A program made the position numbers and the translations under genes. A stretch of DNA of 64,000 nucleotides, from the NCBI RefSeq assembly GCF_009914755.1, contig NC_060933.1, one strand, 5' to 3'. Numbering within the stretch: the first letter of the stretch is position 1; the number at the start of each line of letters is the position of its first letter. This stretch comes from the human T2T-CHM13v2.0 reference genome, Homo sapiens. The notes under the pieces are model-generated. The model was not told the origin of the DNA. It worked only from the letters and a program-made list of their open reading frames with translations, and ran no database searches. Below, piece by piece: positions 12,229 through 26,430 of the stretch.

Positions 12229-14189
12229 ATTTTCTTATTCCAATTGCATTGTTTCTTCTCTTAATGTTATCTGTCTATAGTCTGTGCATATGGACCAATT
12301 AAAGAACTCACACAACTGTGGCCCATCCAGCAAGTCCCAAAGCCCCACTCACACACACGTTTCCCCCCCTCAGTTTAGAGGGGGATGTGTATCTGAAATA
12401 CACCTGACGTTTTCATGATTTAACTGTAACCACAAGGAAAAATACAAGGTATGGCATTCATGTAGTTTATTGATAAGTAAATTACGGGGGTTTAATTTTC
12501 CCTTCTTCTTGTATAGATTAAGTTACTCGCCTTCAAGCAATATTACTCCTAATTACAGGAGTGATCAAATTAAATTCCTAGATATTAGTGCTGAAAATTG
12601 ACTTTCCTTCTTGGTAATCACTGAAGTTCATATAACGTATTTGGTACTAATTCTCTAGTGCTTCTTGAAAATGACCTCTAGTGCTTAGTATAAATTAATT
12701 TTGTAAAATGCTTTCACATTTGGAGAACAGGGATGAGGCCTTCAGGTCAAGGATATAAGAAAATTAAACTTTTAACATTTAAGACTTTCATTTCTTCCCG
12801 TGGTTATTCGAACTTTTGTAATTTTTGTGAATAAGGGCTTCATGGTATTTTTGTTCTTTTTTTGTGTTTTACTTTAAAAGTGGCTTAAGTAGGGAATGTA
12901 AAAAAAAAAAGGCATTAAGGCTGAATTAAAGCAATGTTTCAAGTGATGAGGCATAGTGGCACTTACTTCACAATAGCAATGGCGGGAGTTTTGTGTGCAC
13001 AAGTCTACAGTGCAATCACCAGAGATTTAATGAGTAAATGCCCCTAAAAACATGTAAGAATTAACCAAAATGTAAGGCAGTATTCAAAAAGTAATATATG
13101 TTAGATACAAAGTAAGTGAAACAAGAAGACAGAGGAAAGAAAGATGCAATTATTACCCAAAGAGATTTGTGGAAGGAGAATTTAAATTTGAGTCAAAGAA
13201 TGGATTGGAGGGCATGGAGGAAAAATTCAGGTAGCGAGAAGACCATCAATAAGTCATAAATACTACAAAGTTCTTATAATAGAACAGTGATGTGGTTATA
13301 TCTAAATTGAAATTTCTCAACAAATTCCTTTCAATAACCTGCCAAATCTAGGAAATGGAATTGCCCTAAGTATATATATGCCTTGCCTGGCAATCATGAT
13401 GGAGGTCTTGAAATTTACACATCCATCAAAAACCAGAAGATAGAAAATATCACCATTGCTTTCAATATGAAATTTGGGAGGTTGGGGGCAGTTAAAACTC
13501 TTTTATGCTAATTGTGAGTATTTTGACACCTGACACTTAACGGTTGATATTTTTAAATGGATTTTTATAATTTGAGTAGGTCTAGGAGGAACTGAAGTTT
13601 ACAGTTAATCTAATTTTAAAGACAAATTCTAAGGAAAAAATAAAAACAAAACGCAGGGATGAGGCTATGTTTAAAAAATCTTAAGGAAAATTTCAGATAA
13701 CCATTTAATCAAAAAGCTAATGTGATAATTGTCATTCTTTTTCATTCACTAATGTGTCATATAAAATGAATTAAAAACTTTGCTTAAGTTACAAATACAT
13801 CTTTTTAAAATTTTATGATTCAAATAACCTATTTTTTTAGTCTGAATGAGAGAGACTTATTTAGCATGTTCTCTTTTATAACTGTTTGACAGCCAATTTT
13901 TTGAATAATAGTGTAGGAAAATTACTTTTTTCACCTCTTTCTATTTTAATGATAGTATCACCTAGTACTAATAGTTATAAGATAAAACAATATAATTTTT
14001 AATGTGTTTAGATTATATATATTATATATGACAATTGCAGTGCAAATTAGTATGGGTGAGGTTCTTAATTTAACATCACCTGTGTAACTAGGTTACAATA
14101 GCACCATGCCTACTCAGTAACGATAACTGATATATTTGCACATCTGAAACATAAAAAAAAACCTTGCACCTCTGTGAAGATGTGGAATA

Positions 14190-15033
14190 CAGTTATGCCT
14201 TGATTAATGATGGAGCTACATTCTGAGAAATGTGTCATAAGGCGATTTCATTGTTATGCAACATCATAGAGCATACTTACATAAACCTAAACAGTATAGC
14301 CTTCTGCACACCTAGGCTATATGGTATAGCCCACTGCATCTAGGCTACAAATCTGTACAGCATATTATTCTCCTGAATACTGTAGGCAATTGTAACACAC
14401 TAGTCTTTATGTATCTAAACATATCTAAATAGAGAAAAGGTACAGTCAAAACATGGCATAAAAGATTAAAAAATGGTACACCTGTATAGGGCACTTAACC
14501 ATGCATAGAGCTTTCAGGACTGGAAGTTGCCCTGGGGAGTCAGTGAATGAGTGGTGAGTGAATGTGAAGGCCTAGGACATTATTGTCTGCTACTATAGAC
14601 CTTATAAAAACTGTACACTTAGGCTACACTAAATTTATACAAATATTTTTCTTTCTTCAATAATGGATTAACTTTAGCTGACCGCAACTTTTTACTTTGC
14701 AAACTTTTAAATTGTTTTACACTTTTTGACTCTTCTGTAATAGCACATAGCTTAGTACACAGATACGTTTGATAGTTACACAACATTTTGTTTTTTATAT
14801 CCTTAGTTTATAAGCTTTCTCTATTTTTAAATTATTTTATTTCATTTTATTTTTTAAACATTTTGTTAAAGCTATGTCACAAGCACACACATTAGCCTAG
14901 GCCTACACAAGGACAGAATCATCAAGACATCACTAGAAGACAGGAATTTTTCAGCTCCAGTATAATCCTCTGGGACCACTACTGTATATGTGGTCCACTG
15001 TTGACCAAAATGTTGTTACGCAACTAATGTCTA
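14190..15033 (-). mobile_element. Tigger3 (Golem)-derived non-autonomous DNA transposon
   Basis: TA then CAGTTATG.. TIR; CATTCTGAGAAATGTGTC..GGCGATTTC; far end GTTGACCAAAATGTTGTTACGC. Confidence 0.88.
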
Positions 15034-15900
15034 TGTTTTCATCACCCAAGAAATATTCCTTTTGCAACTCCCCAGACAATCCTTTCCTATTCTCCACTAT
15101 CAAACCCATTAGTCACTGTTGTCATTTTTTTCCCTATAATCTTTTCCTATTCTAGAACTTGATTTAAATGAGATCAAAAAGTATATAATATTTTATGTCT
15201 GGTTTCTCTTGCCTAAAACAATTTTTAGGTTGATCCACATTGTTGCTTGTACCTGTAGTTTGTTCCCTTTGATTGCTGAATATTATTCCACTGTATAAAT
15301 AAATTACAATATTTTAACTTATTTTCCTCTTTATAAACATTTTGGTTGTTTTCAGTTCTTGGTTATTATGAATAATGCAGAAGTTGAATATTTGGGTATA
15401 ACATGTTTTTATAGACATACATTTCTATATCTTGGAAAATATAAAAAATATAATTGCCAGTTAATAGCATTCGTGCAATTATTCATTTCTATTAGAAATT
15501 GCCAAACTAAATTCTGATGGTTTTTAAAAAATCATTTTTATAATTCTCGTTGTGGTGTTCAGATTGCCCCACATATTTGCTAATATTTGGTATTGTCCCT
15601 CTTTTTTATTTTAAACATTCTAATAGGTGTGTAGTATTATCTCACTGTAATTTTAGTTTTCATTTCCTTGATAAATAGTGATACTGAGTATTCACTAAAT
15701 TATTAGCCATCTGTGTATTGTTTCATGAAATGCCTATTCAATAGTTTTTCCCATTGTTTATTGTGCAATTTGTTTTCTTAGTATTTATTTGTAAGAGTTT
15801 TTAATACAATCTGAATACAACTTCTTTGTCAGATATATGTATTATGAATATCTTAATCTATTCAGTGCTTGCATATTCATTTTGCTGAAGATGTATTTTC
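15034..15900 (-). mobile_element. Old L1M (L1MD/ME) 3' region; host of the Tigger3 (short piece also at about 14100-14189)
   Basis: TTTCATCACCCAAGAA, GATTGCTGAATATTATTCCACTGTA and TCTGAATACAACTTCTTTGTCAGATATATG. Confidence 0.75.
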
Positions 15901-18900
15901 AATAGACTTCGTTTCTAGAGAATTTTTAGTTTTACAGAAAGTATAGAGAGTTATTGTATACTCATTCTCTCACACATATATTTTGCCCTATTGTAAATAT
16001 CATATATTTTTGTGGTACACTTGTACAATTGATCTATGTACTGAGTCTGATAAATTATTTTTCATTAAAAATAATTTATATTAGGGTGCACTCTTTATGA
16101 TATACAGTTCTATGGGTTTTAAAAAATGGATAATATTATGAATCCTCCATTATAATATCATTAAGAATAGCTTAACCACCCCAAAAATGCTCTGCATTCC
16201 ATATATTCATTCCTCTCCACCTCACTGTCCCTGAACTGTTGGTCACCACTAATATTTTTACTGTCTCTATAGTTGTATCTATCCTAGAATGTTATACACT
16301 TCATATCAAAAAATATGTTGCCTTTTCAGAAAGGATTCTTTCACTTAGCCATATATATTTAATCTTGTAGTTTTATGACATTTTTGTCCCTGAATTCTAC
16401 TTCATTATATGAATGTAACACAGCTTATTTATTCATTCACCTATTGAAAGACATCTTGGTGGCTTGCAATTGTGGAAATTATGAATAGGCTTGCTAAAAA
16501 TATTTGTGTGTGGGTTTTTGTGAGAACGTAAGTTTTCAACTCATTTGGGTAAATACCTAGGAGTGTGATTGCTTAATCATATGGTAAGCCTATGTTTAAC
16601 TTTGTAAGGAATTGCCGAGCTGTGTTCCAAAAAGGCTCTAATCATTTTGCATTTCCACAATCAACAAATCAAAGTTTCTATTGTTCCACATCCTCACCAG
16701 CATTTGCTGTTTTCAGTATTCCAGATTTTGGCCATTTTAACAGGTGTGTAGTGGTATCTCATTGTTTTAATTTGAAATTTCATAATGACCTATGGTGCTG
16801 TGCACCTTTTACATGGTTATTTACCATCTGTATGTCTTCTTTGGTGAGCCGTGTTTTGTGAGCTTTGGCCTGTTTCTTAAATTGGGTTGTTGGCTTTCTT
16901 ACTGTTGTGATAAGAATTTCTTGTGTATTTTGGAAAACAGTCCTTTACTAGGTATGTGTTTTGTAGTTATTTTATCGTAGTCTGTGCCTTGTTTCTTTAT
17001 TCACTTACCATTGTCCCCTGTAGAGCAGGAGTTTTAAATTTAATGAAGTCCAACTCATTAACTTTTCCTTTAATATGTTGTATCTAAAAGCTCACTGCCA
17101 AACCTAAGGTCACCTAGGTTTTCTCCTGTGTTATCTTTTAGGAGTGTGATAGCTTTGTGATACATATTGAGTAAATTTTTGTAAAAAGTGTAAGGTTCAT
17201 GTCTATATTGTGGCTTTTGCTTTTGTTTTTCTTTTTTGGGGGGCTTTTTTTTTTTGGCTTCTGGATGTCTAGTTGTGCCAGCATCATTTATTTTAACAAA
17301 TAATAGACCATCCTTGCTCCATTGAATTGTCTTTTCTTCTTTAGCAAGTATCAGTTGACTATACTTGCATGTATCTCCTTCTGGACTCTCTATTCTGTTC
17401 CATTCATCCATTTTTCTGTTCTTTCACCAATAAAAGATAATGTTGACTACCCTAGCTTTATAGTGAGGCTTGAAGTCAGGTACTCCTACTTTCTTCAACA
17501 CTGTGCTGCCTATTTGGGTCTTTTCCTTGAGCATATATATTTCAGAATCAATCTGTTGATCTATGATTTTGAGTGCCATTCAGTGACATATAGATCAAGT
17601 TGGAAAAATTGACATCTTACCAATATTGAATCTTTCTGAACATAGAATCTCTTTCCATTTATTTAGATCTATAATTTCCTTCATCAGAGTATTGTAGTTT
17701 AGCTCACATAGATCTTATACAGATATTGTTAGGCTTATACCTAAGCATTTTATTTTATTCTTAGTGATAATGTAAATTTTGGCAAGCTTTTTATTTCAAG
17801 TTACAATTGTTCATTGCTGATACAATGGCACGTGACTGACTTTTGTATATTAACTTTTTTTGCAAATTTACTATAATTGCTTAGTACTTTGGGGATATTT
17901 TTGTTTATTATTTGAGATTTCTACAAAGAAAACAATTTCTTCTATGAACAAAAGCAGTTTTACATTTTTCCTCTCAATTTGTATTTCTTTTCTTTTCTTT
18001 TATTGATTAATTACATTAGCTGTGAGTTCCAGTACAATCTTGTATTGGAATGGTGAAAGGGGATAGTGGAAGATCTTCTACATTCCCATCATTAAGACTG
18101 ATGTTCGCTGTAATGTTTTTTGTACCTACTTTTTATCAAGTTGAGGAAACTTTCCTCTATTGCCAGATTGCTGAGAGTTTTTACAGAGAATAAGTGGTAA
18201 ATTTTGTTACATGCTCTGTTTATTATTGATATGATCATGTGACTTTTTCAGCCTAATGATGTGATAGACTACGTTAATTGATTTTAGACTGTTGGATAAG
18301 CTTTGCATATTTTGAAGAAATCCCACCTGGTTGTGATGTATAATATACAATTTTTATATATTTATATATTTTATCTTAACTTTTATTTTAGGTTCAGGCA
18401 TACTTGTGCAGGTTTGTTACATAGGTAAGTTGCATGTCACGGGGGGTTAATGTATAGATTATTTCATCACCCAGGTAGTAAGCATAGTACCCAATAGGTA
18501 GTTTTTTGATTCTCATCCTCCTCTCACCCTCCACACTTAAGCAGGCTCCAGTATCTTTGTGTCCATGTGTACTCAATATTTAGCTCCACTTGTAAGTGGA
18601 AACGTGGTAATTTTCATTCTGCATTAGTTTGCTTAGGATAATTACCTCCAGCACCCTCCATGTTGCTGCAAAGGACATGATTTCATTTTTTTATGGCTGC
18701 ATAGTATTCTATGGCGTATAGTACCACATTTTCATTATCCAGTCTAGTGTTTATGGGCATTTAGGTTGATTCCGTGTTTTTGCTGTTGAGAATAGTGCTG
18801 TGATGAACATAGGCATGTGTGTGTCTCTATAATAGAATAATTTGCATTCCTTTGGAATGCCAAATAATGGGATTACTGAGTGAAATGGTAGTACTATTTT

Positions 18901-20603
18901 AAGTCCTTTGAGAAGTAAACTAAACATCTTTTCCCAATGGCTAAACTAATTTACATTTCTAACAGTAGTTTATAAGTATTCACTTTGCATCCTAGGGAAA
19001 AAGCCTACTTGATTGTGGTGGATTAGCTTTTTGATGCACTGATGAATTGGGTTTACTAGCATTTTTTGAGGAATTTTGCATCAATGTTCATCAAGGATAT
19101 TGGCCTAAAGTTTTCTTTTTTTGTTGAGTCTCTACCAGGTTTTGGTATCAGAATGATGTTGGTCTCATAGAGTGAGTTAGGGAGGAGTCCCTCCTCCTCA
19201 ACGTTTTGGAATAGTTTCAGTAGGAATCGTACCAACTCATCTTTGTATGTCTAGTAGGATTCAGCTGTGAATCCATCTGGTCCTTGGCTGTTTCTGGCTG
19301 GTATGTTTTTTTAATACTGATTCAATTACAGAATTCATTATTGGTCAGTTCAGGTATGTAATTTTTTTCTTGTGCCACCTTGGGAGGTTGAATGTTTTCA
19401 GGAATTTATCCATTTCTTGTAGCTTTTCTATTTTGTGTGCAGAGAGGTGTTCATAATGATTTCTGAGGTTTTACTGTTTTTCTAATGGGCTGGTTATAAA
19501 GTTTCCTTTGTCATTTCTGACTGTGTTTGTTTGGATTTTCTCTCTTTTTGTTTCCTTATTAGTCTAGCTAGTGGTGCATCAATCTTATTTATACTTTCAA
19601 GGAACCAACTCATGTATTCATTAATATTTTGTATTTTTTCACATATCATTATATCATTTTTATTCAGTTCCATTCTGATTTTGGTTACTTCTTTTCTTCT
19701 GCTAGCTTTGGGGTTGGTTTGTTCTTGTTTCTATAGTTCCTCTAGATTTAGTGTTAGCTTGTTGAGATCGTTCTAACCTTTTTATCTACATTTTTAGTAC
19801 CATTAGCTTTCTTCTTAGCATCTCTTCAGCTGTGTCCTAGAGATTCTGGTATTCTGTATCTTTGTTTTCATTAGTTACAAAAAACTTCTTGATTTCTGCC
19901 TTAATTTCATTGTTTACCTCAAAGTCATTTGGGATCAGGTTGTTTAATTTCCATGTAATTATATAGCTTTGAGCAATCTTCTTTTTATTGATTTTCATTT
20001 TTATTGTGCTGTGGTCTGAGAGTGTGATTGGTATGGTTCTGTTGGTTTTGTGGTTTTTTTTTTTTAATTTGCTGAGAATCATTTTGTGGCCAATTGTGTG
20101 GTCAATTTTAGAGTATGTGCCATGTGCAGATAAGAGGAATGTATGTTCTATTGTTTTTGGATGGACAGTTCTGTAGATGCCAGTTATGTCCACTTGGTTT
20201 AGTGTCAAGTTCAGGTCTCAAATATCTTTGTTAGTTTTCTGCCTTGGTAATGTGTCTAAGGCCATCAATGGGGTGTTAAAATCTGCTACTCTTATTGTGT
20301 GGTTATATAAGTCTCTTAGTATGTCATTAAGAATTTTTGTATGAATACAGGTGCTCCTCTGTTGTGTGCATATATATTTAGGAGAGCTAGGTCTTCTTGT
20401 TGAATTGAACCCATTACCATTATTCAGTGCCCTTCTTTGTTTCTTTTCATTTTTGGTGGCTTAAAGTCTGTTTTCTCTGAAATTAGACTAATAACCTCTT
20501 TTTTTCTGTTTTCTATTTTGCTTGGTAGGTTTTTCTCTATCCCTTTACTTTGAACCTATGGATGTCATTACTTGTGAGACAGGTCTCCTTAAGACAGCAT
20601 ACA

Positions 20604-21045
<442 letters not shown>

Positions 21046-21586
21046 TTAGCTTATTATTATCCAGGCTTGATTGTGTATTTGCTTTCTAGTGCCAATGTCT
21101 ATGTATATAAGTGTGTTTTTGTGGTGGCCATTATTGGTCTCTGCTTTCCATATTTATCACTTCCTAAAAGGCTTTGTGTAAAGCATGTCTGGTGGTAATG
21201 AATTCCCTTAGCATTTGCTTGTCTAAAAATAGTCGTATTTATCCTTTGCTTATGAAACTTAGTTTGGCTGGATATGAAATTCTTGTTTGGATTTCTTTTC
21301 TTTGAGAATGCTGAATATTAGGTCCCCAATCTCTTCTGGCTTGTTGATACACTATTAGCCTGATGGGGTTCCCTTCGTAGGTGACCTGCCTCTTCTCTTT
21401 AGCCGCCTTTAACTTTTTTTTTTTCATTCTGATTTTGGAGAATCTGATGACTATGTGTCAAATAGTCCTCTGTCATGGTATCTTGCAGGAGTTGCCTGCT
21501 TTTTATGAATTTGAATGTTGTCCTGTCTAGTAAGGCTGGAGAAATTTTCATGGATGATGTCCTCAAATGTGTTTCCCAAGTTGCTT

Positions 21587-21590
<4 letters not shown>

Positions 21591-21650
<60 letters not shown>
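21591..21650. repeat. (TC)30 microsatellite
   Basis: Uninterrupted run inside L1 ORF1. Confidence 0.97.
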
Positions 21651-21654
<4 letters not shown>

Positions 21655-24334
21655 AGGGATGTCAGTGGGTTGTAGATTTGGTCTCTTTACATAATCTTAT
21701 ATTTCTCAGAGGTTTTGTTCATTCTTTTTTATTCTCTTTTCTTATTTTTGTCAGTGATTTTATTCAAAGAACTCATCTTTGAGCTCTGAGGTTATTTTGT
21801 CAGCTTGGTCTATTCTGATGTTAATACTTGCCTATTTATTATAAAATTTTTGAATGAGTTTTTTGGCTCTATCAGATAAATTTGGATCTTTCTTCAAATG
21901 GCCATTTTGTCTTTCAGTATTTTTATTGTTTTATTATATTCCTTAAATTCCTTGGGTTGGTTTTAGACTTTCTTCTGAATTTTAATGAATTTTATTCCCA
22001 TCCATATTCTGAATCCTATGTCTGTCATTTTAGCCATTTTGATCTGGTTAAGAAACTTCATCAGGGAACTATTTTGCTCCTTTGGAGGTATGAAGACAGT
22101 CTGACTTTTCGAGTTGCCAGAGTTTTGCACTTGTTCTTTCTCATCTGTGTGGGCCAATATTCCTTTATTCTTTGAAGTTGGTTTCATTTGGATGGGGTTT
22201 TTTGCTTTAATCTTCTTTGATACCCTTGGGGGTTTGATTGTGGTATAAGGTGGGTTTAGTAGACTGTCTTTGTTTCCAAACCAGTGGCTTCTGCAGACAT
22301 AAACTTGCAGGAAAGTTTCAACAATAAATACAATGAATTGCTTGAGGCTGAGTGTGGAACAGCATGACAGAGATAATATGTTTGGGCTGCCCTCTTAAAG
22401 GCATCCACATGTTCATGGGCATCAGGTCAAGACACAGGTTTTCATGATGAAGATCTGAGAAAGATGCTGTGGTCTCTCATGATGTTGCTGATTGTATTTC
22501 TATATAACTGACTCTGAATGAGTCTTAGTGCTTTGGAAAGCTAGTTCAGTACCTGCAACCCAGCCTATAATTATTTTTATATATTGTAGGATTCAGTTTG
22601 TTTACTTTTTGTCAACAAATTTTGAATCTAAATTTATATGAGCTATTGGTCTGTAGTTTTCCTTTCTTGTAATGTTTTATTTGGTATTACAGTAATGTTG
22701 GCCTTAGAGAATGATCAGGATGTGTTCCTCTGCTCATATTTTCTGGAACAGATTGTAATAAATTGATATTATTTCTTTCTGAAATATTTTGTAGAATTCA
22801 CCAGAGGAAACATCTGTGCCTGATTCTCTCTATTCTGGAAACTTATTAATTATTGATTCAATTGTTTTAGTAGATAAATACCTATTCATATTATAGATTT
22901 CTCCTTTTGAGAGTTTTGGTAGTGTCTTTCAAGGAACTGCTCTATTTCAATTAAATTATCAAATATTGCACATGGAGTTATTAATAATGTTTTTTCATTT
23001 TCTTCTTAATGTCCACGGGATCAATTGTAATTGTTATTTCATTGCCAATATTAGTAATTTGGATCTTCTCTCTTTGTTTCTTACTACGGTTAGGGCTTCT
23101 CAATTTTAGAGATCTATTCAGAAAACTAAATTTTTGTTTCATTGATTTTTTTTCTATTTTTCTGTTTTCTTTTTTATTTATTTTTGTTCTGACTTTTATT
23201 ACTTCTTTTCTTCTGTTTATTTAGCTATAATTTGCTTTAATTTTTAATTATGTTGTGATAGAACCTTGTTACTAATTTTACATCTTTCTGATATTTTAAT
23301 ATACACATTCAATGATATACATTTCCTCCTAATCACTCACTTGACTTGGTTCTATATTTCATTTTAATTTAGTTCAAATATTTAAAATTATTTTGAGACT
23401 TCTCATTTGATTCATGTGTTATTAAGAAGTACGGTTTTAATCTCCAAATATTTTAGGCTTCTCCATCTTTCTTTCTATAATTGATTTCTAGTTTAATTAT
23501 CTTGAGAGAATACGTTGCAAAATTTCTAGTATTTTAAATTTGTTAAAGTATGGTTCATGGTACAGATATGATCTTGGTGAATTATACATTGAGCTTGAGA
23601 AGAATGTGCGTTCTTCTGTTGGATGAAATATTCTATAAATGCCATTTAGATCCAGCTGTTTGCTAGGACTGTTCAGTTCAAATATATTCACATTGATTTT
23701 CTACCTACTGGATCTGTCAATTATTAATTAAAGGGATTTGTAGTCACAACTACTATAGTGGATGCAGCTATTTTTCCTTGCAATTATATTTGTCTTTGCC
23801 TCATATATTTTGATTATGTGTTGTTAGACATACAAAAATTCAGGATTACTATATTTTCTTAAAGTATTGGCCCCTTTTTTATTATGCCATGTTCCTTGTT
23901 ATTCCTGATGTTTTTCTTGCTCTGAAGTTTGCTTTGCCTGATATTAATATAGCTTCTCCAGCTTTGACTTGATTAGTGTTAGCATGCAATATCTTTCTCT
24001 ATCCCTTTACTTTTGCTCTATCTGTGCATTTAACATAAAGTGGTTTTTTTTAGACAAGATATAGTTGAATCTTCCTTTTGTATCTAATATGACACTCTCT
24101 TTTTTAATTAGTGCATTTAAAAGTTTTACATTTAGAGATATTATTGATATAGTTTGATTAACATATACCAACTTTGTAACTCCTTTCTATTTATTGTCTT
24201 TGTTCATTATTTCTTCTTTTTCTTCTGTGCTTTTTACTGCCTTCTAGTGTTTTAATTAACATTTTATATGATTCAATTTTCTACCCCCTTTTAGCATAGC
24301 AATTATAATTGCCTAATAAATTTGTATTATTTTG

Positions 24335-24672
24335 CATATAAATTTCCAGTTTTCTGAACACCATGTATTGAAGTTTTCCCAACACCATGTCTTTTCCCCA
24401 ATGTTTAATCTTGGTGCCTTTCTCAAAAATCAGTTGGCTGTAAATGCGTGGATTTATTTCTGGGTTCGCTACTCTATTCCGCTGGTCTATGTGTCTGCTT
24501 GTATACCAATATTATGCTGATTTTGTTACTATAGCTTTGTAATATGTTAAAGTCAGGTAGTGTTATTCTCCAGCTTTGTTCATTTTGCTTAGGATTGCTT
24601 TGGGTACTCGGGCTCTTTTTTGGTTCCACATGATTTTTAGGATAGGTTTTTTTTTTTTATTTCTGCACAGAA
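24335..24672 (-). mobile_element. L1M ORF2 fragment
   Basis: AAAATCAGTTGGCTGTAAATGCGTGGATTTATTTCTGGG. Confidence 0.8.
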
Positions 24673-24676
24673 TTAT

Positions 24677-25280
24677 GTTATGGGTAATGAATCCATTACT
24701 CAGAGTAAGAAAATATTTGTATTTTCCTGTATAAATATAAAAGCAAATTTTTTACTAGACAATTTGAAAAGGCAAGAATGACTTTATTCAAGGCTATTGC
24801 AATGAGGAGGGAGAGAATGTAGTCAACTCTGCTGAAATAAAGAGTTGCAGAGTTTTTAAGGGCTGGTGTGTGTATGTGCGGGGAGGTGGGTTTCTAGGCC
24901 ATTTATATTGGCTAATTGGTCGTCTCTCATCCTCATCATAGAAGGTAGTTTTAGAACTTTGAGAAAATGCCCACCGCCTACATAAGTGAGGCTCTTATTC
25001 TCTCATAGACAGTAGGAGATGGGGAGGCTATCTTCCCTGATGATTACACTTCAAAGAGATGGTTCCTAGGACTTTGAAAAACAAACAAACAAAATTCCTA
25101 GGTTGTAAAACTAGTAGAAGTCATTTAAAAAGAGGTATACCTCAAAAGATCAAAGAAAATACTTACAAGTTTTCTCAGGAAATTGGTCTAAGAAAAGGGA
25201 GGTCAGGTCCTAGAATCAGGACAATAACCAACTGTCTAAGTTTAGTCAACCTGAGAGAAATGTTGGGGTCCTCTTGGTCA
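24677..25280 (-). mobile_element. ERV1 solo LTR, MER67-like
   Basis: Reverse strand begins TGACCAAGAGGACC..CAGGTTGACTAAACTTAGACAG..CCTGACCTCCCTTTTCTTAG; poly(A) signal read as TTTATT at about 24783. Confidence 0.7.
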
Positions 25281-25564
25281 ATAGGCATAGAAAGAATCCT
25301 GACTTTACAATAACTGTATCTTATCCTGGCTTTACAAGAACTGTATCTTATCATTCAACCTAGCTGATTTTTAATGACTTGAGTCCTATATTCAAGGCCA
25401 GGGTAGTCATAGCAAGCTGATTCTCTGAAAAGCTGGAATGTTTGAAAGAGAAATTTTATACTAGATGACTTAGATAAATATTTGAAAAAATCTAAACACT
25501 AAAATCTAGTATCAAAATATTTTGGAAAAGGAATATGGTTATATTTTAAAAATTTATTTACATT

Positions 25565-26430
25565 TAAGTTTTTTTATTTCAATAGTTTTTGGGGTATGTG
25601 TTTTTTTAATTACATGAATGAGTTGCATAGTGGTGAAGTCTGGGATTTTAGTGCACTGTCCCTCCCCATTCTGAGTCTCCATGGCCCATTATACCACTCT
25701 ATATGCATTTATGTACCCATAGCTTAGCTTCAATTTATAAGTGAGAACATATGGCATTTGGTTTCCCATTCTGAGTTATTTCACTTAGTAGCATGGCCTC
25801 AAGCTCCAACCAAGTTGCTGCAAAGTACATTATTTCATGCTTTCTTTATAGAAGAGTAGTATTCCATGGTGTACATATACCACATTTTCTTTATCCACTC
25901 ATTGGTTTATGGGCACTTAGGTTTGTTCCATATCTTTGCAATGTTAATTGTGTTGCAATAAACATATGCATGCAGGTGTCTTTTTAATATAGTGACTTAT
26001 TTTCTTTTGTACTCAGTAGTGGGATTGCTGGATAAAATGGTAGATCTACTTTCAGTTCTTTGAGAAATTTCCATATTGTTTACCACAGAGGTTGTACTAA
26101 TTTACATTCCCAGCAGCAGTGTGTAAGTGTTCCCTATTCACCATATCCATGCAAACATCTATTATTTTTTGACTTTTTAATGACAGACATTATTGCAGGA
26201 GTAAGGTGGTGTCTCATTGTGGTTTTAATGTGCATTTCCCTGATGATAAGTGATGCTAAGCATTTTTCATATGTCTGTTGGCCATTTGTATTTTTTCTTT
26301 TAAAACCTGTCTATTCATGTCATTTGTCCACTTTTGATTGGATTATTTGTTTTTGTTCATGCTGATTTGTTTGAGTTTTTTGTAGATTCTGAATGTTAGT
26401 CCTTTGTGCAAATATTTCCCCCCCTTCTGC
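25565..26430 (-). mobile_element. 5'-truncated L1PB/L1MA 3' end
   Basis: TTTATTTCAATAGTTTTTGGGGTA..ATAGTGGTGAAGTCTGGGATTTTAGTGCAC followed by ORF2 C-terminal sequence. Confidence 0.9.

Noticed and set aside
21475-21782. SL-repeat proteins
   Set aside because: Translation of the (TC)30 tract.
24348-24390. 19-bp direct repeat in L1 (similar small duplications at 52622-52702 and within Alus at 43850 and 49704)
   Set aside because: Ordinary slippage events inside dead repeats.
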